NCBI GenBank assembly: GCA_964019335.1
Contig: OZ025723.1
Span: 402,626 to 466,625, forward strand
DNA from: Diplonema japonicum
Lineage: Eukaryota; Protista; Euglenozoa: Diplonemea
DNA: 64,000 nt
Direction of reading: 5' to 3'
The translations under genes and the position numbers were made by a program. A model generated the notes under the pieces. The model saw only the letters and a program-made list of their open reading frames with translations, ran no database searches and was not told the DNA's origin. Below, piece after piece: positions 48,622 through 57,908 of this stretch. Within the stretch, counting starts at the first letter, position 1. Each line of letters begins with the position of its first letter.

Positions 48622-50100
48622 ATGTCTCGCCGCACAGCACATGAGGAGCTAAGCCTCATGAAACAATCGCTAAATGAAAGGCTTAAAGAAACGAAATACA
48701 GAGTAGGTTGTGATTCAGAAGACGCAAGTACTGTTCCGTCCGGTTTCCGGACACCTAGACGTGAGGCACACGAGCAGAGCAAGCAGAACACCATCCACGC
48801 CGACCCCTTCATGCCGGTGTCAGACGGCCCCCCTCTCGATACAAGCACCTCTAGTGCAGAATTTAAGCAGTTTCTCCAAAGCTGTTCACACAATGCAGAG
48901 GCCGCACGGTCGCACCAGCCAACTACATCGCCTTCCGGCTTCCTCACTAGGCCTCCTAAAGGTGCTCAGACACCGCCGCCGGAAGAGAAGCAAAAGGAGT
49001 ATGTTCCCGATCAAAACCTCGTGCCTTGTGTGTACTGCGCACGGAGGTTCACATCTGATCGTGTAGCCAAGCACGAGAGTGTGTGTGACAAAGGAAAGTT
49101 GTGTGTAACACCGAAACGAGCAGCTTCTACCCACAGCACACGGACAAGCACTTTGAAATCTCCGAGACTCTCGACCAGAAGGCCTCTTGAAACGAAGGTC
49201 GAGCCGCAAAATCACGAAACGTTACTCAGGACCCCAACTAAATTTAGGTCGAGGTCGTCCGGCAACAGCATGATCAGGGTGCCGTCTCCTGCTGGGAGGG
49301 CATCGACAAAACCTGCTTATCAAGCAAGCAGTAGAGTGACTCGGACACCAAAAGCTCGACAGTCTCAGGCAGCACCACAAACGCCTCCACACAACACGCC
49401 TTGTCGGTCCACAACTCAGCCACATGCACATCGACAGCCTCTGCCCACATCACTGCCTCCTTCACCTCAAAAGCCCATGTTTACTACTCCGCAGCATGCT
49501 CCTGAACGTGACCCTACGGACCCCATGACACCCCCACAAGACAGGCACAACAGATTGGAGGAAGCAAGGCGGAAAAAAAAAGCAGGGTCGCGGCAGCCAG
49601 GGGCAGACTTTATGAGATACCAAGTCCTTCAACAAATCGAAGAGTCCCTTTCGACACCACGGAACAGGAAGGGCAGTAGGAGTCCGAAGGAAAGAAACAG
49701 GTCACCTATAGGAAGTTATAATGAGATGCGGAAAAGCAAAGATTCTAGCAGCCTAATAAGCACACCAGCCAAGCAAAAAGTAGTTTCTAGAACTAGGTGC
49801 CGAGAGGAGGGCACTCCATTGAGCCAATCTAGATCCACGACGCCGAAGGTTATGAATAATATTCCTGAGGTATGTAGTCATGCGGACATGCAACCCACAA
49901 CAGCCCTTAACCTCGGCTGCGCGATGCCTGGCCCTTCCTGACGAAGGGAAAGACACAACTGACAAGCTAGAGCGTGCCGCAAGGGCTAGGGCCTGCATAG
50001 AAGAGCTGAAGCGGTTAGGCCACAATGATGCCGCTGCCATTGTATGTTGTTGCAAAAAGTCAAGTAAACACAGGTGGAGAAGACGAACCTACACCTTTAG
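48622..50100 (+). CDS. C2HC zinc-finger (ZC2HC1-type) disordered protein
   Basis: LVPCVYCARRFTSDRVAKHESVC; introns 49870-49903 and 50042-50073. Confidence 0.7.
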
Positions 50101-50333
50101 AACAATATATATAAAAAAAGAAAATGTTTGTAGCCTGCTCGTTTAATAGATGCAGTTTCAGTTGCAATTTTCCATTATTATGCATCTCAGGAGAGACAAA
50201 TGAGGTCCTTACAGCCTGCCAATATGTGGGTGCTGTCTTGAAACTGTGCATCTCATGCATTAGTCTTGAAACTATGCATCTCATGCATGGCAAAAGTCAC
50301 GTTTCACAGGTTCGAATTTGGTTTGATTGCAAT

Positions 50334-51704
50334 ATGTCGCCTACACCGCGTGAATGCCTGGCGACGCAGCTCAGGAATGTAGCCTTACGTGTGATTCCTC
50401 AGGAAGAAGTTGTGCAGTTGGGAAATGCAGCGCTTAGGGAATTGACGGAAACCATCATAAAGCACACGAAGTGCCGCGTGAAGTCATGGGAGAAGGCAGG
50501 GTCAATGGGTAAGAATACTTCGATCTGCCTGAAGATAGACTACGACCTCGTGTTCTACATCGTAAACGGTGAGGAGGAGTCGGGGAGGTTCCTTGATGAC
50601 ACCGAAGATATTCTGAACCTGCACTTCCACGGCACCACGCCGGAAGACGTCAAGAAGAAAGGACGTTCTCTGGCATTTAACTTCAGAGGTTTCATGTTCG
50701 ATATTCTCCCAGCAACGTTTCTCCATGAAAACAGAGAAGAGCAGGTGAAGATTGCTATTAAAAAGAAGCGCGAGATGGCAGACAACACCACGTGGGGCCC
50801 GACCCTTGCACACGGAACTGTCATGTTTATGAAGGAGCAGGATGGGTTCTGCCATGAACTTGCCCGGCTCCTGAAGTTGTGGAGTAAAAGTGTGCTCATC
50901 CCGTCCTTCTTCAACGGCAGGTCGTTCATGCTGGAGCTCGTTGCTGCACTTGTGTCGGAAGAGATGCATGACACTGACATCCTGACCGGCTTATGCGCCG
51001 CCTTGGTGAAGCTGAGGGACTTCCGCAAGATCAACAAGATCTTCCAGACAAAGTTCTACAATGAAAGAGACGTGTCTGCCAAGCTGAAGAAGAGTACGCC
51101 ACTGCTGCTGGACCCAGTGGACCCTGCAAATAATTTGCTGTGCATACGCAGCCCAAAGAAGGAGGCGAACTTGGAATGCTTCGGGCAGTGTGCAGCACGG
51201 ACGCTAGAGGCAGTGGAATTGATCATGAAAGGGGCAAAACCGTGCATACTGGTAGAGATCTTCCGCCCTCAACCCAGCCCTGAGGTAGCGCTTTCCTTCA
51301 TTCCACACGAGTGGCTAGTTGGGAGTCCAGAGTCAGTGTCGGTGCTTCCTCAAGTGGTCCAGCCCTACGCAATAATCCGATCGTCAATCCAATTAAGAGA
51401 TCACAGCAAAGCTGCAGAGCTGACCAGTCACGTGCTTTGTGGACTCATTCATGCCGAACGTGAGATGGTGCCGGGTCGCGCTCCTCAAAAATCACTTGAA
51501 TCCGCGATTGACGTCTTCGAAAACAAAAAGAGAACCTGGACACCCAGCAAGGTCGCGACACATGAAAGCAAACACGTGACAATGTACATCCCCGTCGTGG
51601 AGGACAACACCTTGAAGCACATGCGCTCCAGTTTCAATATCAAAGAAAATCCTAGTGCTCCTGCGCAGAAAGACAGCAAAGCCGTGTACTGGCAAACAGA
51701 CTGA
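50334..51704 (+). CDS. 2'-5'-oligoadenylate synthetase (OAS)-like nucleotidyltransferase
   Basis: KAGSMGKNT..IDYDLVF, FDILPA, LARLLKLW, SFMLELV and PLLLDPVDPANNL parallel the OAS motifs GSxGKGT..DxDLV, FDVLPA, LIRLVKHW, YALELL and ILDPADP.GN; no introns. Confidence 0.85.
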   Translation: MSPTPRECLATQLRNVALRVIPQEEVVQLGNAALRELTETIIKHTKCRVKSWEKAGSMGKNTSICLKIDYDLVFYIVNGEEESGRFLDDTEDILNLHFHGTTPEDVKKKGRSLAFNFRGFMFDILPATFLHENREEQVKIAIKKKREMADNTTWGPTLAHGTVMFMKEQDGFCHELARLLKLWSKSVLIPSFFNGRSFMLELVAALVSEEMHDTDILTGLCAALVKLRDFRKINKIFQTKFYNERDVSAKLKKSTPLLLDPVDPANNLLCIRSPKKEANLECFGQCAARTLEAVELIMKGAKPCILVEIFRPQPSPEVALSFIPHEWLVGSPESVSVLPQVVQPYAIIRSSIQLRDHSKAAELTSHVLCGLIHAEREMVPGRAPQKSLESAIDVFENKKRTWTPSKVATHESKHVTMYIPVVEDNTLKHMRSSFNIKENPSAPAQKDSKAVYWQTD

Positions 51705-52968
51705 ACTGACCCCGTCCTCATGCCCGGCTCTGACCTGGTGCGCTCGTATCACATGTGGTTTTGCGATGATTAGCTGCCCATTTCAACAAACCTTGCTCCC
51801 TCTTTCATTTTTCTTTCCTTTTTCTGTTCCCTTGTTGCCTCTCTCTTTTGTTTTTCGATTGCCACATACCGCAGGTTGTCTCCGCCTTAAATGTTTCTTC
51901 TTTTTTTCCCCTTCTTTCTTGTTCTTACCTTTAATGGTGCGCAGGAATTTTAATTTAATCTTTTTCAGTCACGGCGTCAGTCGCGACTACAATTGAGTTT
52001 AGTACTGAAAACTTCTCTGATTATGCTCAGCATCATCAGTGTTGGTTCAGGAAAAATAAAAATCCTTTTCTTTCGTGTGTTTTTGTGATGTTCTGTTCGG
52101 CAGTAATTCCCATTGCATAAAACAGCGCAGATTTATTTTAATTATTACTCAAATGCAATTTGAGCAAAACGATAACAGGTTCTTGTTTGAAATATTTTAA
52201 ATTATTTCACGTGTTCCCGTCGAGTCCAGAAAATAGTTTTAAATTCTTTTTGTATTAACAATCTTGTTTGTCTGTAGACTAAATATTCGTTAGCAGCGCA
52301 GTTGGTTGATTTTATACAGGTTTCTTTAGAAAGAAGTCAACGCGTTCCGTGCCGCAACTTAAAATCGCTAGCGCACAAACAAACAAGCTGCAGAATAGTT
52401 TTTTCACAGTTTATTGGTTCATTAGTTTTCATCTCCTCGACAAACACGGGGCTACCAGACAGCGACCGCAGAACGGTGACCGACGAGTTTCTTCTTTCTT
52501 TTTCTTTTTCTTTTTCTATTTCCCGCTCCCTTTTTCCCCCTTTTTATTATTTTCTCAAGTCCCCCTTTTTTTATGCCAGATTTTTTTTTTCTCCCGCCTT
52601 GTTAGAAAAGTTTTAATATACTAATAAAAAAATAAAAAAAGTGAAAAGAGGAGTAGAAGACGATCCGGTGGGGGGCATGGGAACCATAAACCGTGTCTTC
52701 CATCGCGATCGGCAAGGCGGGGGCTTTTCCGTCCCATGGGTGAAAAGAGGCGGATAAAACCACTATTCCGGACCCCCCCCCAACACTGAGCATGCACTTT
52801 TTCCCCATACATACCTCTCTCGTTTATCAAAATATCACCATTTTTACGGCGGACGCCAAGAAAAAAAGCCAAGGAGAAGGAGTTTAGGGAGTAATTGAAA
52901 GACCTACGGCCCCAAAGAAGGCGGTGAAAACAGCCATGGTGGGCCAGCCCTGGCAGACAGGGAGCCTG

Positions 52969-53006
52969 ACCAACGATTCTAAAGCTACAGTTTCTGTACT
53001 TTATTG
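52969..53006 (+). other. Genomic spliced-leader exon copy 1
   Basis: ACCAACGATTCTAAAGCTACAGTTTCTGTACTTTATTG: conserved euglenozoan SL 3' end (CAGTTTCTGTACT.TATTG) and a diplonemid-like 5' end. Confidence 0.9.
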
Positions 53007-53045
53007 GTCGTTCGTGTTCTGCTGGTGCCTGAGTAACAGGTGCTT

Positions 53046-53252
53046 ATGGCCATGCCTGTCGTGTACTTGGGTGTTGTGTTCGCACTGAAGGCGTTCATGG
53101 TATGCAATTGTATATATATAATATTATATATATCCCCCCTTCCCCTAGAAAAACAGAGAGCCGATGGTGTTGAAAGGGCCCATGATGGTATACAACTGGA
53201 CACAAGTGGTGGTGAGTGCTGCAATGACCTACGAGTTGGGCAGGGTATGGGG

Positions 53253-53294
<42 letters not shown>

Positions 53295-53897
53295 CAGTAT
53301 TTCTCGATCCCCAACGTCTTTGCGCTTGGCCAAGACTTCACCGCGCACGCTGAGTTCTGGGTGTTCATCCATTTCCTGTCAAAGTCTCTGGACTGGTTCG
53401 ATACCATTTTCATCGTGCTTCGCAAGAAGGACAGACAGTTCAGTTTCCTTCACATCTACCACCACGCCTCCATCGGTGTGGTTTGGGGATGGCTGCTCCA
53501 GACTGGTTACGGGGGTGGTACGGGGTACTACGGTGCCTGGGTGAACTCCTTGGTGCACACCATCATGTACTTCCACTTCGGCTGGACCGCACTCGGGCTC
53601 AAAAACCCTTACAAGAAATTCATCACTACCTTCCAGATTTCACAGTTTTACAGCTGCATGCTCCACGCTGTCTTCGTACTTCTTTGGGACCAGGAGCACT
53701 TCCCCCTCAAGATTTGCATGATTCAGGTTGCCTACCACGTTACCATGATTTCGCTATTCACCGGGTTCTTCAAGGAGACCTACAAAAAGGTGCCGGAGAT
53801 CGCCAAGGCAATCCCTGCGGAAGATATTACGGCTCACGACGTGTCGAAGCCGGGGTTGAAGAAGAGGGACACACCCCTCCCAGAGTTCACTGAATGA
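53046..53897 (+). CDS. ELO fatty-acid (PUFA-type) elongase, HxxHH box; start uncertain (possible exon 52677-52739)
   Basis: Introns 53100-53148 and 53245-53297 give KNREPMVLKGPMMVYN; KSLDWFDT, FLHIYHH, NSLVHTIMY, TTFQISQF. Confidence 0.88.
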
Positions 53898-55061
53898 TTT
53901 TTTTTCTCTTTTTTTTTTTTCTCATTCGTAGGGGGGGTTTTTTTTTTTGAAGAAAAAAAAGTTTTTTTTTTTTTTCGCCCTCTCTTATTCGCGTGTGTAT
54001 GGGTGAGGGTAAAAAAAAAAAAAAAAAAAAATGGAGATTTTTTTCTTTGTTCTTTTTTTTTTAATGCTGCAACTGATTTGTTCATCATCTCCCCCCCCCC
54101 CCCCCCCTCTTCTCTTCCTCCTTTTTTGGTATCTGCATGTGTACCCCCTTTTTTCTTACTGTCCCCCCCCCCCCCCTTCTTCTTCTTTTGTTTCTCTAAA
54201 AGTTCGAGCCCTTCTGTTCCTCACTACATCGCTGTTTTGTGGTTGGTTTTTTTTCTAAAAAGAAAATTGCTGTTGATAAGCAAGAACGGTATAAAAAAAA
54301 AGAGAGAGGAAAAACAAGTAGTAAACCAATAGAAAAAAGACGGGGGGGGGGGGGGGGGGACAGGAGAAAAAAGGGAATGAATTGCAGATACCGTTTTTCT
54401 TCTTATCCTCATTTATTTCACATTTACTTCCTCATCTTTAATATTTCTTTTTTATTTTCTCAATGCCCTTGGGTAATGGGGACTCTATCTTTTACTTTTG
54501 TGATATTCCTGATTCCAGGAAGAAAAACGAGGAGAAATACCGACGAAAAATAAAAAAGGAATGTTGGCACAAAAAAAAAAAATAAAAACTAAAAACTGAC
54601 CGCTGTGTCTGGTGTTGATGTTTCTTATGTAACTGTCCTGGGGGGGGGGGGGAAGAAAAACATGAAAATACTCTGTTTTTCATAGCCCTTTCCAATTTAT
54701 GGTATTTCTTCTTCATTTTTTTTAAAATCTTTTCATGTATGTGTTATTATTTACCCCCTTTTATTTATTTTTTTACCCCTGGTTTTTTGACTGGCGTTTT
54801 TTTATTTCCCTTTTTTTTTTGAATGAAACGAACCAAAAGAAAGTCAAAATTCGGTCGCAGCCTTTTCAAAATTTTCTTTTTTTTTTTTGCGATCGGAAAA
54901 AAGCAAAATAAAAACGGAGCATTCTTTTTTTTTTTTTTTTTTTCCTTCTTTTTTCCTCCTTTTTCCTTCATTCCATATCATCCCCATTCAAATACCCCCA
55001 ATAAAAAAAACACAGAGAGGAGGCGGGGAGGGAGAGGGGGGAGGGGGAACAAAAAAGAAAA

Positions 55062-57211
55062 ATGGCAAAAATTAAATATCTTCGTGTCGTGTTGATGACA
55101 CTAATGATGAGTTCGCAACTGATAGGTTGTGGGGCGCTGTCTGCAAAGGAGCTGCAGAAGGTTATAGCTGAGAATGACGGGGCCACCGGGGGGAGTATGC
55201 ATCCTAACCACATTGCTTTGGTGAAAAAATTACGGGAAGAGGGGAAACTGGCAGAACCCCAAGCCCCAGCAGGCGCCACCACAGGAATGGTGGTTCAAGA
55301 AGGCACAGTAAAGGACTCCTTAAACGTTCCCTGCCCTTCCGACACCCGCATTTGCCCCGGTGGGTCATCTGTGAAGCGGGACCCAACAAACAACTGCAAC
55401 TACCACCCCTGTCCAGAGCCTGAACCCGCGCAGGTCCTATGCACCACCGATGTCTTCACCTGCCCTGATGGGCGTAGTGTTCCAAGGGATCCTGCCAACA
55501 ACTGCGAGTTTGTCTGTACAGCAGCAGAATGCGAAAGATGAAGAAAAGCTGTGCACTGCCGATGTCTTCACCTGCCCTGATGGGCGTACTGTTGTCCCCA
55601 GGGATCCTGCCAACAACTGCGAGTTCAAACCTTGTCCTAAAAAGGAAGACCCCGTGCTGTGCACCACCGATGTCTTCACCTGCCCTGATGGGCGCACCGT
55701 TCCAAGGGATCCAGCTAACAATTGTGAGTTCAAGCCCTGCCTTGTCGAGGCGGAGCATAAAGAAGTGGCAGAACCCGAACAAGTGCTGTGCACCACCGAT
55801 GTCTTCACCTGCCCTGATGGAAACACTGTCCCCAGGGATCCACGAAACAACTGTGCCTTTGTTCCCTGCCCTTTGAAGGAGGAGCCAGTGTGCACCACCG
55901 ATGTCTTCACCTGCCCTGATGGGAGCTCTGTTCCAAGGGACCCCTCTAACAACTGCGAGTTCAGGCCCTGCCCTCCACAGGAGGAAGCAGAACCGGTACC
56001 GGAACCGGTGCTGTGCACCACCGATGTCTTCACCTGCCCTGATGGGCGTAGTGTTCCAAGGGATCCTGCCAACAACTGCGAGTTTGCACCCTGCCCTGTA
56101 CAGCAGCAGAATGCGAAAGATGAAGAGAAGCTGTGCACTGCCGATGTCTTCACCTGCCCTGATGGGCGTACTGTTGTCCCCAGGGATCCTGCCAACAACT
56201 GCGAGTTTAACCTTGTCCTCAAGAGGAAGACCCCGTGCTGTGCACCACCGATGTCTTCACCTGCCCTGATGGGCGCACCGTTCCAAGGGATCCCTCTAAC
56301 AACTGCGAGTTCAGGCCCTGCCTTGTCGAGGCGGAGCACAAAAAAGTGGCAGAACCCGAACAAGTGCTGTGCACCACTGATGTCTTCACCTGCCCTGATG
56401 GGAGCTCTGTTCCAAGGGACCCCTCTAACAACTGCGAGTTCAAGCTGCCCTGTACAGCAGGATGCTCAAGAAGAAGAGAAGCTGTGCACCACTGATGTCT
56501 TCACCTGTCCCGATGGAAAAAGTGTTGTTTCCAGGGACCCAAGCAACAACTGCGAGTTCAAGCCCTGTCCTATTGTGGAGGAGCAAGAAAAAGAAGTGGA
56601 AGAAGAAGAAGCCGCAGTTGCGGATCAAGTGCTGTGCACCACCGATGTCTTCACTTGCCCTGATGGGAGCGCTGTTCCAAGGGACCCGAGCAACGATTGC
56701 AACTTCAAGCCCTGCCCTCCACAGGAGGAAGCAGAACCGGTACCGGAACCGGTCATGTGCACCACTGATGTCTTCACCTGCCCTGATGGAAGTGCTGTTC
56801 CAAGGGACCCTGCCAACAACTGCGAGTTCAAGTCTTGCCCTGTTGAGGAAGAGGCGGTGCAACCGGATCTAGTGGAGCATCACCCCGTCCCCGTGATGTG
56901 CTCGACCGATGTCTTGACCTGCCCTGATGGGGTAACTGTTCCAAGGGATTTTACCAACAACTGCGAATTCAAACCTTGTCCCGCCAAAGAAGGTGTTGAA
57001 CAAGTGCTGTGCACCACCGATGTCTTCATCTGCCCTGATAAGAGTGCTGTTGCACGAGACCCTGCCAAAAACTGTGATTTTGTACCCTGTCCCGTCCAGC
57101 AGCAGCAGCAGCAGCAGCAGGAGGTACAAGAACAACAATGCGCCACAGATTTCTTCACCTGCCCTGATGGGCACACTGTCTTTAGGGACCCGATCCACAA
57201 CTGTGCCTTTG
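55062..57211 (+). pseudogene. Secreted Cys-rich tandem-repeat protein (16 x CTTDVFTCPDG..VPRDP.NNCEF.PCP), frameshifted and 3'-truncated by the retroelement
   Basis: Signal-peptide-like start, 16 four-Cys repeats. Frame breaks near 55511, 56208 and 56444 (decay or assembly error). The last repeat stops at NCAF, directly at the SL copy. Confidence 0.75.
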
Positions 57212-57248
57212 CCAACGATTCTAAAGCTACAGTTTCTGTACTTTATTG
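57212..57248 (+). other. Genomic spliced-leader exon copy 2, forming the 5' end of the retrotransposon
   Basis: CCAACGATTCTAAAGCTACAGTTTCTGTACTTTATTG; 57212-57273 is identical to 52970-53031 over 62 nt. Confidence 0.9.
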
Positions 57249-57908
57249 GTCGTTCGTGTTCTGCTGGTGCCTGCCGCCTCTGCCTGGGTTTGCTGCTGCG
57301 TCCGTCGTCCGTCGTCGCCGTCGTCCGGGGGGGTTGTTTTGCCTGTCGGCCTGCCCGCCGCTTACCGAAAGGATCCCCTCCCCCAACACACACTTTAAAA
57401 AAAAATAAAAAAAATAAAAAATGGATCCAAGACGGAACGCAAGAGGAGGTGACCGCGCAAACCGCAGGGAGAAGGAACCCCGACAGGCCGCCAGGCTGCA
57501 CACGACGCCAGGGCCGACCCAACCAGCCTATCTGGTTGGGCAGTATGAATCCCCACCCCCACCCCCTAGATCCCCCCACCCCCCTTTAGAAAAAAAAAAT
57601 AATAAAATAAAAAAATCACTAGCAGAGACCGCGGTTTTGACCGCCACTGCTACAGCCACGGCCGCCCCAGCCGCCCTGAACGCCGCAGCCGACCCTGCCG
57701 CCCTGATCGCCGCAACTGAGACCGCCGCAGCCGCCCCTGCCGCAGCCACGACCGCCGCGACCACGACCCCTGCAGCCGACCCTGCTATTGTTGAAGAGGG
57801 AAGAAAAGAGGGAGAAAAAAAGGGGTGGGTACTGGTGTATAGTGAACACCCTCCCGGGTTGAGGACGGGCCCGGCCCCTGCCTTCCCGAAAGCCCTGCTT
57901 TCAGGAAA

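Noticed and set aside
50235-50288. 26-nt near-tandem duplication upstream of the OAS-like gene
   Set aside because: It is a single local duplication with no evidence of function.
15865-51704. CBASS-like or immune cluster (OAS, E2, sirtuin, phosphoesterase, SGT1)
   Set aside because: These genes are scattered over 35 kb among unrelated housekeeping genes; co-orientation is general in this window and carries no functional signal.
52969-53080. Functional SL-RNA gene
   Set aside because: It is not in a tandem array, has no recognisable Sm site or T-tract terminator, and runs straight into elongase coding sequence; not fully excluded.
55440-57200. Repeat-spacer pattern resembling a CRISPR array
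   Set aside because: The repeats encode an in-frame Cys motif with codon-level variation, the spacers are themselves duplicated, the context is eukaryotic, and there are no cas genes.
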